Below the pieces are notes generated by a model that did no database searches, was not told the DNA's origin, and saw only the letters and a program-made list of their open reading frames with translations. A DNA stretch of 62,494 nt, the filler included, from Choristocarpus tenellus KU-1152 (lineage: Eukaryota; Protista; Phaeophyceae), in assembly GCA_964200185.2 (NCBI GenBank). It is 7 parts of 7 records of this genome, joined end to end, with 100 filler letters (N's around TTAATTAATTAA, not from the genome) between each part and the next. Parts side by side here need not be neighbours in the genome. Positions count along the whole stretch, not along the records: positions 37,865 to 41,355 come from CAXNAD020019668.1; positions 41,456 to 45,854 come from CAXNAD020014728.1; positions 45,955 to 55,761 come from CAXNAD020003377.1; 4 more parts are not named here. The stretch is one strand, 5' to 3'. How positions within the stretch are numbered: the stretch's first letter is position 1; each line of letters starts with the position of its first letter. The position numbers and the translations under genes were made by a program. Below are positions 38,061-50,600 of the stretch, one piece after another.

Positions 38061-41000
38061 GTAGGGGCTGTGGTGAAGTCTGCTGCCAGGAGACTGGAAC
38101 TACACGAGGTGCACATGCCAGGAACCTCATCCCTAGTGGATACAATCAAGGCAACCAAAACTCAGTACACCTTGAGGGATCCGACACCAGAGGAAGAGTG
38201 GCGCTATCGCAAAGGTCGTAAGGTTCCTCCTGGACAGGCAATCGTCACAAAGGTAGGCACACTCCACATGACGACCCCCCCCCACTCACAAAGTTCGGCC
38301 TCTGTTTGCCACTGGTGACAACCACAACATGTACGCCCCTTACCCACCTATGCAACAAACACTTAATATGTACTGTTCAAACTTGTGTCACATCCGTCAC
38401 TCCCTTCACGCCGACACGACACACAGCGTCAAGATAACACATACGCACTTATCAAATGACTGCACAGATAGTCTGTACACACGTACAACTATCGCCGCCT
38501 ATTTTGTGTAAGTCTGCCAATCGGTAAACTCGCGCAAAACTCCAAGTTCTTGTTTACTTTCCAGTGTCAACATCGACCAAAAACCCATCGCTTGTGCAGT
38601 TGCAGGAATATATACCACATATACTACATGCATGCATGATTCTCCCCACCCACAACAATTTGATCCCTGCTTGCCACACGCATTAGTCTACACCCTCCAG
38701 CCCCTTCATAACCCATACACTAAACACGCAATAATATATATTGTTGACCCATTATGTCACATCCGCGCCTTCCCTTCACATCGACACCACGAATCACATC
38801 ATAATCGCACGTACGCATTCATAATCGACCGCACACCGTACGTGCACACTTGCAACCATCGCCCTCGATTTAGAATTAGTCTGCCAATCGGTAAACTAAC
38901 CCAAAACTCCAAGTTATTGTTTTCTTTCACGTAACAACGTCGGCCATATATCCATTGCTTACTGCAGGAATAGATACCACATGCACCACGTGCGTGATTT
39001 TCCCCACCCACAATAATTAATCCCTGTTTGCAACTCGCGACAGTCTGCACCCTCCCGCCCCTTGCTAACCCATACACTAATAAAGGCAATACATTTCGTT
39101 GACGCATTATGTCACATCCGTGCCTTCCCTTCATGCCGACACCACGAATCACATGATAATCGCACATACGCACTTCTTAATCGACTGCACAAAGTCCGTG
39201 CACACTTGCAACCATCGCCCTCGATTTTTCAGAAGCCTGCCAATCGGCAAACTAACCCAAAACTCCAAGTTTTGGGTTTCATCACACGCTGCCATCTGTC
39301 ATTACCAAACAATTGTTACAGGAATAGGTAGCATATATCACTCCAAAGAAAATGCCATCACATCGAATCAGTCACAGCACACTGCCTCAGTGCCGACATT
39401 GACTCAACCACGTACCACCCCTCCCCTTATACACACAATCACCACAACCCTTAGGAGGATTGGACGGACAGGGACGGCAGACAGCACGGTAACACGTATA
39501 CGAAACTTCTATCCATCGACACGTTCCGCACACAGGAGATAGTCCACCTTCCGTCTTACAAGATCGACCTTACGGGATGACACGACCCACGTGTCCCAAA
39601 TCTCAGTGAAATCAAGTCCATGCAGAGGTTCTTCACTGGTCGGCTCAATACCGGAGAGACTCCCGTACATTGATATACACCGAACTGTCGTGCTACTGCA
39701 TGAACTGCTACATCGGCAACCTGACCCACTGCAGGTGGCAACTAACCCACGTGCCCCCGCTTAAGGAGATAGACCTCGGATTTTCCACAGAAGCGGGAAC
39801 GGGTGATATGTATCTGACAAGTCAGCTGTTGAGGAAGAAGAGTCAGCTCGCCGAGGGGAACGTATGCAATGTGCAGACGCAGTCATCGGACTACAATGGT
39901 ATAGAGTTCTTGCCGTTCACTGTCCACCGCAAGTACACGATTCAATGAAACGCCATACACGACTCCAGCTACGGAAGGATGTTCAGTGCTGGAGATGAGG
40001 TGTCTTTGTCACTGAGGACTTCGAGTTCCGGAGTGCTAGCTTTGTTGATGGAGTGCCAACTATTCACATGTCACGGACGGACAAGGTGAGGAACGCTTCT
40101 TATTGCTTCTAACAGAGCAATGCTCCACACGAAAGAATCCACACTGTCCATGTACAGATGTCATATATCCCCTTATATCCCCTCTAACCCACATAAATTC
40201 CTCCCATAACGTCCAACCCTGACATCCAAACCAGTGCCATTTTGTTCTCCCAATCTGCAACCGCCACTGAGACCTTTCACATAGTATTTTACAACTTACG
40301 TAGGGCAAATAAGCACATCCCATTCATTCATTCCACTGCCTAAGTGTATCCTCTATCATACATAGAACTACCCGTTTCTCAAAAAGATCAACAAACAACA
40401 CCCCTATACAACCAAATAAGGCCATCACGCGCAAACACATACCAATAGTCCTACACACCAACCCAGCCCCTGCAACGAACATGTTTGAGGTGATGCAGGA
40501 CGCCAACCGGGTCCCCACGTCGTGCCCCTTCAGGCAATCATCATCCCAGACTTCACAGACATCGACCATAACCACCTGGACAACAACACATTCACGATCC
40601 TGCCTGGTCAATACAAGAGGTTCACCTTGGAATCCAACCGGCAATCCCTCGGTGGGATACCTGCTCGCTTCTCTAGGCAACCCAGACTTGGGGACACATC
40701 CGACGCCAGGCTCGGTCGAGGAACCAGCTTCATCCTACGCGCGAGTGGGGGGGGCATCGTACAGGGGAAGGTCAGCGATGTTCACGTAGATGGTCCAGGG
40801 GCGTACATTTACTCAGTGTCATACCTCCCGGACAATGGCGAAAAATCTTTGCCCCCTCGACTGGGGTTGTACATGACAGAGGATGAGATCGAGGAGGGTG
40901 TCAACCAACTTCGAGAGAAGAACAAGAGGAACAGTGACGAGGTTGCAGCCCTGTGTGTCAGACAACGCCGTCAGTCGATTGTTGACTGCCAGAGGAAGCG

Positions 41001-41307
41001 TAGGGACATGGAGAAGGGTACATAGAAATATATACTCCTTGAGCCGACACTGGGTTATGTGCCAGATTTAGATAAGGGAGAAACACTCAATGCCAGAGCC
41101 AAGGGCGGGGGACTATACTTCAGATGGGACGATCAGTGGATGGGAGGGACCGTGACCAAGTACCAGCCCCACTACACGGTGAAAGTTAGAGAGGGGCGGG
41201 TCAGCTACCCCTACAAGGTTAAATGGGAGAATGGCGACTTGCGAAATATCCCGCTTCTTGTCCAACACTACAGTATTGACCAAGACGCTCCTATGTTGAA
41301 ACATTAG
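38061..41307 (+). pseudogene. Decayed intron-containing DDD-type (Sola2-like) transposase, C-terminal half, with SCxCxxC motif and two Tudor-like domains
   Basis: Exon 38061-38252 VGAVVKSAARRLE (like HGKGxxDGxGAxVKxxA). Acceptor cttag|39455 leads to ...IKSMQRF...LIYTELSCYCMNCYIGNLTHC...YGRMFSAGDEV, donor near 40085. Then 40522-41307: IVQGKVSDV...YIYSVSY and LYFRWDDQWMGGTVTKY...YKVKWENGD. In-frame TGA stops and frameshifts are present. Confidence 0.55.
38290..39300. repeat. Tandem repeat, ~360-bp unit x ~3, forming an intron of the transposase pseudogene
   Basis: ctgccaatcgg(t/c)aaact...caaaactccaagtt recurs at ~38514, 38881 and 39236; tgtcacatccg...tcccttca...cgacac recurs at ~38386, 38755 and 39110. 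Confidence 0.85.
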
Positions 41308-41455
41308 TAAACCCCTGAGCTACTGAGCAGACAGTCAGCACTGGACAGTCAGAGANNNNNNNNNNNNNNNNNNNNNNNNNNNNNNNNNNNNNNNNNNNNT
41401 TAATTAATTAANNNNNNNNNNNNNNNNNNNNNNNNNNNNNNNNNNNNNNNNNNNN

Positions 41456-41531
41456 TGCACTTCTCCTGGTTAGGGCCCGAATGGACGCCCTGGTGCAAAC
41501 CCCCCCCTCCCCCCCTCAGACACTTTGAGCC
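41456..41531. mobile_element. MITE family B partial copy at contig start; other partial copies at 45789-45826, 59384-59403, 59504-59545
   Basis: tgcacttctcctgg...aatggacgccctggtgcaaacccccc...cagacactttgagcc matches the 17187 copy. Confidence 0.75.
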
Positions 41532-42114
41532 TTTTGCAGTCAACAAGAACGGATGTAGTGTTCCATGCCGTGGCACTTTCGGACTCTGGATTGGCTCTCT
41601 ACAGAGGCCTCCTTCTGGATGTTGCTTTTGCAGAGGTTCAAGCAGCATGTCACCTGCCTCATTTATCCACCAGCAATGGTATAGCTGCTGCTTGAGCAGA
41701 GCCGCGAAAGCACATCCACTACGACGGATCTTTCGACCCTCGTAGTATTATCTCAATGTCTCGTGGTGGTGGAAAGTTGTGGGTGACTTGGCAAGCAAGC
41801 AGAGAGCTCCAAGGTGAGTTAAATCATCCATGTGGTAGAGGAGAGACAGGCTGGGAGATATTGTTGGAAAGGAACTATCGATTCACGTTTGAGGCAGATA
41901 TAGTATATGTTAGCACATTGAGTGACTCTCTTTAGTCGCGTCATGCGTTTCATGCCAAAGACACTGAGCAGGTGGGCAAGAACGGATCTGACAAATTCTT
42001 GGGATACTTCCCTAGGTCCTCACCCACCTTCGTACTGTCATGCGAGGATAGAGCCATATATCAGTGCCACATATACACATTACATTGTAGTTTCTGGCAT
42101 TTCAAATAGAGGAT

Positions 42115-42816
42115 GACCCAAAGCATTTTTAGAGGGTAGGAATTTTGCCCTTTTTGTCTGTTAGGGGCTTGGCCTCCCAAGGGTTTTTTATGCCCTTCTT
42201 TGGTTTTGTGTGTGAACACAGTAGCCTAAAATGTGTACGACTGTGAAAGGTGTATCTGGAGCAAGGATATTGACACCTGCTAATAAAACCTTAATAATAA
42301 AAATTATTTAGTAGCGAAGTCCATGAGTTAAATAGACAGAGCTTAATTCTAATTTGTCTAGATCATTTGACAGATTAATCGCTTGGTATGAGTTTGAGGA
42401 TGGTAAAAAAGATAAGAACTGCAAAAACTTTATTTCGAATGTTTTTCAAACCTAAATGATGAAGATAGAGAAGCCACTATCAAAGTTTTAAGACAAATTT
42501 CTGTAATTATCTGTACCTGCTGTCTAAAATGTAATATATTAGTTGAAAACTTTTTCTGGGTTCCTAATAAATATAGACCTAGATCTATTATTAGAGCTCC
42601 ATTATCCGAAGATGTTTTTAGAAGAAAATATAATAGATTCATACCACAGATTTCCTATTATTTGTAGACCTAATGATTGGAAAATACGTAAGAATATAGA
42701 GTGTTTCTACGGTGGTGGTGTTCTATCTAATAAATATAGCCAAAATTCATCAAAATTCCAAGTTGGATTTATGACCCCGAACAGACGCGGCCCTACCCTC
42801 TTAATTGCTTTTACTC
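42115..42816 (+). mobile_element. MITE family A copy (TSD GGAT) carrying a ~440-bp AT-rich insertion
   Basis: ggat|gacccaaagcatttttagagggtagg...ggatattgacacctgctaataaa [insert] ctaataaatatagccaaaattcatc...ccctaccctcttaattgcttttactc|ggat. Confidence 0.8.
42290..42730 (+). pseudogene. AT-rich organelle/plasmid-like insert: fragment of a phage T3/T7-type single-subunit RNA polymerase
   Basis: Abrupt rise in AT content. Peptide HRFPIICRPNDWKIRKNIECFYGGGVLSNKY resembles the conserved LPM(V/I)xxPxxW...GGYLxN block of mitochondrial-plasmid/phage-type RNA polymerases. Confidence 0.5.
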
Positions 42817-43204
42817 GGATTGTAGTTTTCAAATAATGGTACAACTTTTTTTGAGAGGTGTGTATTACCACTGACAACTGTTTTTTTCATATTAATACTA
42901 GTCCACATAATACATTATTAGTTTTGGTCTTTCCCTGACACATCTGGAAAATGTCAAGAGAATATGGTAGTATTTATTATAATATGATTATATTTTCACC
43001 TACATATCACAACAGACGGAACATCGAATATCTGTACCAACTAATTTTATGTTTTGTTGTATTGTGTCTCCCTCTGACTTCCTTCTTAGTCACGAGTCTC
43101 TGACCCCTCAGACTGATGTGAAGAAAGTAATGGTAATAAATAATACAGTTCTACAACTTCACCATTCATCTCCACTTCTGCTCTATCATCCCAGCTTGCA
43201 AGAA

Positions 43205-43520
43205 AGGACTTGGAGGAGTATCTTGACCTAGGGGAAGATTTGGACCTTAATAGCTTTGACAATAGCTTTGACCTCCTTCAGCAATGTAATAAGGAAGAAG
43301 GTGGCGTGCAGGTGCTTGACCCCAAGTAAGGAAGGTGCCCATACCCCCCAAGGCGCTGCATGTTTCACTGCTTACCTGTCTCTCCCATATCGGGATAGAT
43401 GCTACAAACTGCCAGTCAGAACGCAGCGTTACCGCATTAGGGGTCAACTGGATCAATTCAGGTGCTTCACAAGGAACACCGAGGTTGAGGTAATGACGAT
43501 GCTGAAGCTTAACCAAAAAT
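43205..43520 (+). mobile_element. hAT transposase C-terminal dimerisation-domain remnant
   Basis: Frameshifted LEEYLD...FDLL, GIDATNCQSERSVTALG (IPATSxxSERxFS), TEVEVMTMLKLNQ (VExLxxLKxN). Confidence 0.6.
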
Positions 43521-43905
43521 ATTCTTACTAATTAGTAGTGTTAAGTGAGTAGCAAAGTTGCGGCAAGGTATTGAGCACGGAGCACAGGCAGCCAAAGTCG
43601 CAAGTGAGTCTGCTTTGGCAGTGTAGACTGCAATAGCTGGGAATATGGAGAACGGAGATAAGTGTGAAGGATTGAGTCCAGTTTCAGGGCAGTTAACACA
43701 ATTTTAGGCACAAATGATAAAAAAATGCACAAGTGCATGTACTGGTACCCTCACTTTCTGGTTGTCCTGACAACATAATTTAGAAGTCCATATTATTTCG
43801 AGTGATTTCATTTTTTTTTGTGGTGGTGTGTTAAACATCTATTAGGGGACAGTCCACCATCATGTTATGAGAGGGGGCTCCCAGGCAGAGCAATCAGAGG
43901 CTGCA

Positions 43906-44086
43906 GACCCAAAGTATCTGGGGGGGGGGTGGTGAGTCTACACGAGGGTGTCCATTTGGATCAAAATCAGGAAAAGTGCATCTACATTATCCATCCGACG
44001 TATGCAAACAAATCACCAAAAAATCGCGATATGAAAAAATTGACGCCAAATGGACAGCCGCCACCACCTCCCAGATACTTTGAGCC
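43906..44086 (-). mobile_element. MITE family B, complete copy with 4-bp TSD TGCA (opposite orientation to the 17187 copy)
   Basis: tgca|GACCCAAAGTATCTGGGGG ... CCCAGATACTTTGAGCC|tgca. Confidence 0.9.
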
Positions 44087-45826
44087 TGCATGTTTTCTCC
44101 CACTACGAATAATTCGAAAACAACGTAGGTAGGTGTGAACCCATCAATTCCATCCAATATACAAGTACTGGGTCTTAATCGAAACCGAGATAAAGAAGAT
44201 GGTGACTGAGCACAACCAAGTCTCTGATATGCTCGTCTGTTGATCCATTAGAGGAGGAGGAAGAGAAGGAGGAGGAAGTCAAGTAGAAGAAAATATAGGT
44301 GAGGGGGGAGAGATTTCCTCCTCTGGTGATGAGAGCAATCACACTTCAGCATGACCAAGCTGCCCAAAAAGGCAACCAAGACGTCACAGTAGCAGGATGA
44401 TAGGGTACCTTCCTCTAGTGGTGGAGATGGGGGAAGTGTCAACAAGAGGACCCAGTTGAAGACCGTCTACATAAGGATAAACTGCAAAACCAACCTGGAG
44501 GCATACATATCATGGTAAGCAATCAATGGATGCGGACATGGTGGTGGAGGAGCTTGGTAGCCCTCTCAAGCGATGGATTGTGATAGAGGAGGTTCTTTAA
44601 GAGTAGCTTGGTCCGTTGGCAAGGAAGTATTTGCCTGCACAAGCCACTTCAGCTACATCTGAATCCTCTTACTACTCTGCTGGACAACACATTCACCGAC
44701 AAGCATAACTATCTCTCTGGGGATATGGTTGGTGGCACTGTGGTATTACCTTAATTAGTGGGGATGACCCGATGACTAAGTGTGTAAGGTTTACAAGAAG
44801 GAAATTAATGATGGTGAAGACAAACACAGCAAACAGTGTAGTAGTATCCTTGCCACCTCTGACTGGAGGTCCTCTATCTACATGGGCTTAGGGTAGAGTA
44901 GTGGTACATGGTGTGTTGTTTCCTCCTCATAGCTCATGTCTGCCTTGCTCGTGTCATCTATTTATAACATTTGTCATATGGTGTACAGAGTAAATAAATG
45001 TATAACAATTTGGATTTGACATCTATCACGACACAATACAGAGTGCTAGAGAAAGATAACAAGGACTACAAAAGAAACTCAAACCACTAAAGTATAATGA
45101 AAAACGAAAAGAAGATGGAAGTATGGAAGAAAGAACCAAAAGATGAAAACCACTATCATTTAATAAATAATAACATAAGCAAAAGAGAAAAAAAGAAGAA
45201 CGATGGATGCAAGAAAATCCCTCCCACAAAAAAGATACTACAACAAGAATACAGCATTCAAAAGATGGTCATAATGATCATGTCCGTGACTTGGGCAACA
45301 TTACCCGTTACTTTAGCGCGCAGTTTTCTTGGAAATGCTTTTCTACAAGTGAATCCTTTCGTGCTGGCAGCTACACACCCGTGCCACCTCTGTTGGATAC
45401 TGGCTCTGGTGCTGCTAGATCCAACCTTCAACTGTAATCCTAAACTCTCTTGGAAGCTTCAATATTTTGCTTCGCCTGTTCGCCTTGCTTCCATTTTCCC
45501 GTCGCAAGCTACCCCCAAACGTCAACCCCATCAGAAGTCACTCTCCCCCAAATATGTGCAACTGACCAAGCGAATGAGAGTCCCCGTTAAACTGACGCGG
45601 CAAACAGGACTCCTCGGTTGCCATAATCAACCAAATATTCTCGCACCCAGTCTTCACAAGGGCATCTTTGTAGCACAGGACACCATCAGTGTTCTCGTAT
45701 TCAAAATCCAATACAACGAAGAAAGAATTGGTGGTGATGAGAGTGAAGCTCCAAAGAATGGACCAGGTGGACTGCCCATGTCATATATGGCCCAAAGTAT
45801 CTGGAGGGGGGGGGGGGATCTACACC

Positions 45827-45854
45827 AAATCGGGAGGGCGTCGTGTAGGGAAAG
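45827..45854 (+). other. Illumina adapter remnant at contig end
   Basis: aaatcgggagggcgtcgtgtagggaaag matches AGATCGGAAGAGCGTCGTGTAGGGAAAG at 25/28 positions, immediately before an N spacer. Confidence 0.9.
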
Positions 45855-47694
45855 NNNNNNNNNNNNNNNNNNNNNNNNNNNNNNNNNNNNNNNNNNNNTT
45901 AATTAATTAANNNNNNNNNNNNNNNNNNNNNNNNNNNNNNNNNNNNNNNNNNNNCCAACCATGATTTGATGCACTGCAAGCGCATGAAGGATGATATGGC
46001 ACAAGCTAACGAGAGTGTGGAGTGGGATGATATCAGCGTCTCGTTGGTGTTGGGGTCATGCAGTGAGAGCGACAACAGCACCCTCTTCTGATTCTGATGA
46101 GGACCCCCAAGACAAAAGTTCCCTACATAGTGCTGGCTCCATGTGGAACATAAATAGCGTGTCCAACAATCGAAAAACAAAATTCAATTATTTAAGGGCT
46201 GGAGAATCAATCCCCAGTCCGCATATTGCGTTACACATGCTAAATACACACACATGCTAGATATTCAATTCACTTTGTGTATACTACAAGATATTATATC
46301 AAAAAGATGAACTGAAAGTAATAATTCATTTCCATATTTTTGTTTGTTCACATATTTATACCCAATTCCCGATATTTTGTTGCCTGTCGCCACGAAGGAG
46401 AAAGAATTTACAACGAACCAAAACAAATACAAGAAACCAACGATAGAGTGTGTCGTATGATTTAGTTTGAAGTATAACACAGTTCTTGTGCTATTCATCG
46501 GATTACTACCACAACAGTATTTAGAATAACAGGTGTTCTATGTACAACTTCTACAGGTCCACCGCTAGAGTGGTAGATCAAAATAGCACTACGAAGGCAG
46601 TCTTACAAATTCGAGGGAAGAATCACAGGAGGAGTCGGAAAGGCCCACTGTCCCACACAGTATTTCATTATGTATCGGCAATCGAATATCGTTTCTACCA
46701 CATATTCCGTTATACAACGATAATTCGATATTGATTACATGGAGGACAGTAGAGGCAAAGGATAATCAGGGAGCAGACAAGGGTAGAAGTAGCTGATCCT
46801 GACGTATTTGAACATATATATTACATACATACACACATGACCCAGAACCCCTAACGCACGCACACTCCCACGACTGTACTGTTGAAACCGCCATAATGAA
46901 TTCCATCACAGGTGATGGATCCTTATGACTGTTTCACAAACACCGTGATGTCCTTCAAGTAGTTCTGACTATTATGTGTCGTGCTTCATAACTGTACATT
47001 TGTAATTTAGTCAGTATGATTCATTTCTTTGCCATGTCTCAGTTTGATACCTCAATCGCACCATAAAGTGAATGTTCAAAGTGAGAGATACAGCATGTCT
47101 TACAATATATTTTCATTATGGCACCAGCTGTGAGCATCTCGTCACCGTACCGGCTTCTGAATTGGAGCTATATATCCCATCGGGGTAAGTTGCTTCAAGC
47201 ATTTAAAATAATTCTGAAACTACAAACCTCTTAGTCAACTCTCACTTGCACACCACAGTGCACTGAAGAACTATAGCAAGTACACACCAGAAAATTCAAC
47301 AACACAACATGCTCACCTCATCAAATAATCTATCCCACAAAAACTACCACCACTATCACTACTACTACTACTACTACTGTCGCTGTTCAAAATTTACTGA
47401 AAAGTAGGAAGTCAATCACTTCGCAATACAGACCAACTCTGTTGTTGTGTTCGTCTCATCCTCTCCCTTGGATTGTATCGGTTGTTGGCCCCGCCATGAC
47501 AGTATTTTATAGACAAATGTCAGTTGGACGCATAAAATGTTGTGTAACACAATAGATGGTGAATACTTTACAATCCATACTAAAGTGGTACTAGTAGCAT
47601 GGGCTTGCTGAGCAGTCCTACTGTTTCTCAATGCCATGCCACAAGAATAATACAACAATATATATGTACACCAAATGAAAGCTTATGCCAATAG

Positions 47695-50600
47695 GGTTTG
47701 AAAGAACGTACGGACGAATGTACGACGTTGGTGAACGGGAGGTATGCCCCAGTCAAAAAATGGGAAAAATACGGAGGAACATCTGCGGCTCAACTTTGAC
47801 ACTTGCAACATGAAAAAGTACAAAAATGAAGTGGCTGTCTGAACTCCCAGCTAAGAACTAATGCGAGTTAGGGCACTGGCCAAGTATGTCGCTTGTGGCA
47901 ATGCTGAAATAAAAGAAAGATTTGCTGACATCTTTTAAGCACCGTGTGTAGAAATGCTGTGGTCACGCACACAGGTGACCCACTCAGCGACAAGTGTTAC
48001 AAGCAAATAACGCGAGTATCTCTTCCCCTGTTCTTACAAGCGCGAGAAGTATACACGAACAGGGAACCTTGTTAAGAGGGACTCCGATTTGCTAAAGGTT
48101 GCAGAATAAGATTTGCAACTTGGGAATGTATGCAACGGTATTCAGATGTATTCCAACTTCTGTTCACGAAAACAGAATAAACGCAGATGATGATGAAAAT
48201 AAAATAAAGGGCGCTGCTTAATAAAATCCCCCCTTCAAGCCACTTCCTTCTTTTTATCCGATGCTAAATAATTACTGTCGTTCAAAGAGAGAAGTACCCC
48301 CTGTTCTGCTGAGCTGACGTTCAATGACCTCTAGATTGAACCCCCTTAACTGTTGGAGTATCCCGGGAGCCTTGTACAAGCATTAGTGCCATCTATAGGC
48401 CAGTGAATTGGACCTGTGCATCCTGAAAAGGTAAGCTTCTGGAGCATGCTGTAACACACGAACCGCGACAGTGAGACAAGGAGAGCAGTCGAGGCCACTC
48501 TGCCTCCTGCATCTACCCCCAGCACCTTCTCTGTCGAGAGGTGACAGGAAAACAAGTACCGTGTGACACTCAGTGCAATATTCGGTGACGAGAAAGTGCG
48601 TGTACTGTGGCGCAGCAGCATGATCAAATTGCACAAAAGACAATGCGGCCGCGTCACTGACACTGAGAGAAGATGCATGAAAAGCATTACCACACAAACG
48701 TGGTTGGATCTTTAACCGCTGTGGAGTACTGCTCCGCTGTCTCTGGCGCCTTGTGAAAGCAGGAAGAGATTGGCGAGCCCATCACCAGGTGGCACAGGGA
48801 TGAAGTCCGTGGGGAAGCCTGGTCACTGCGGGTGAAGGGATAACCAGGGTGGCCGGTCGAAGGGAAGGTTGGGGAAGAGAGCTGTGCGACTGCGTACCAT
48901 TGCGCTCAGGAAATGCCTAAGCAAAAATCCGGATGTAGAATATCTTAGTAGTCGACAATTGCAGCAGGCCCTGGCTGTTTTGAAGCTATGCTTGCCAGGG
49001 TGGCTTAAGGAAACAAGAAAGAAGGTGATAGGGTTGGGATAGAAGGAATCTGAAGTCGGAAAGAAAGTCGAAAGGACTCGGGAGGCAGAGGAGAAAGCAA
49101 TCGCAGTAGAGGAAAATGCGGAGTCTTTTCACTACCACCAAATTCTTTACTTCAAAGAGGTTGACAAGGAGGTGGAGGTAACCATCGATGAAGACGCCAG
49201 AGAAGAAGAGGAGGTGAGATTGAGACTATTTGCACAACAGTGGTTTGGTGTCTTCCACTTCTTGCAAGATGCCGTATATTCACTTTTGTTCCTGGACTTA
49301 GGGTTGGACGTACAAAGTTGATTAAGGCTTTCTCCCCGCCTGTCTTAATTCGAGAAATCAACACAATTTTCGATCAACTCAAGCCGGTCCTCCCTCGCCC
49401 TTGCACCTTGGTAAAATATCACCCATCCAGGAAACATGGACGACACCCATTTCCGGCACTCAACAACGGGGAAAGGTGATAGTAACGGCTCTAACACTGC
49501 GAATCCCGTACCTGTGTATGAACGATGGAAAAGCTTTAAGAGGTGCTCGAGATGGCGGCAGGATATGCGATGGTCACAGCGGAAACTGTGAGTTGATGGG
49601 AGAGATACTTCCTAACTAAGGGCCACATCAAGGTGTCGGAGCAAGAGCGCTATGAGAGGCGTTTCGTTCTGGGCCTTGATGAGGACATCCTTGATGAAGT
49701 CAAAGAATTTGTGCGCGAAGCTGACAAGGAGTACAAGAAGTACAGGTCTCATAGGTACCCGGGACCTTCGGAATTCCTGGTGGCAGATGGAGACAAGAGA
49801 GTTGAATTTACATTTAGCATTCATTCCCTGGGTTGTTCGTTTGGCTGCCGCTTTTTCCTGCCCAACCAAGTTGCCGTTGTATTGTTCGAACTGCCGTCTT
49901 CCGCGTGCAGAACACACAACAAGGAGAGGAGTTTTGGGCCTGCCAGGAAAACAAATCGAACTTGTTCATCTCACCACCTGCTTGTACCCTGGAGGCACCC
50001 TGTGCTCCTTGTTGCGGCTTGTCAAAATACGGTTCTGTCTTTCGTTCGACGTCCCACACGCTGTGTACGTCACACGTAGCAAAGGTGTACGGTTAAATTA
50101 GTAAAATATACTTCAACCAAGTAATAGTACACCAAAACATGCTCAACGTGACCCAGTCAATGGTATTATACCTGTATGGTTGGTGGTAGGTATACTTTAA
50201 TAACACCTCAATCTATTGTCACTCTTGGTGACCTATGATCCAGGGTTCGAACCCCAGTATGAGCACTTCTTAAAAAATCAATTCGAAAAAATACGAAGCC
50301 CCAACTGTAGAGGATCTTGTGATGACCATCACGAATATGCAATTATGTTTCTTAATCCGATGTCTACACAAATCAATCTAGATGGACAACGACATATCGA
50401 TATCCTTCATCACCTACGATTTCACCCATCGATATTCTTTATCGATATTCTTTATTGATATTTCTATCTACTATCAGAAAGGGAAAACGGTTTCAGACAC
50501 TCCCGATACGACCACCCCCCTCACACATCTACGATCCCTAATAACAAAATATGAACATTCCCTTCTCACCAAAAAAATATATCCGTGGAGAAACAAAGAA

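Noticed and set aside
45097-45906. 269-aa ORF
   Set aside because: Low-complexity start, no recognisable domain, runs into a MITE, adapter and N spacer.
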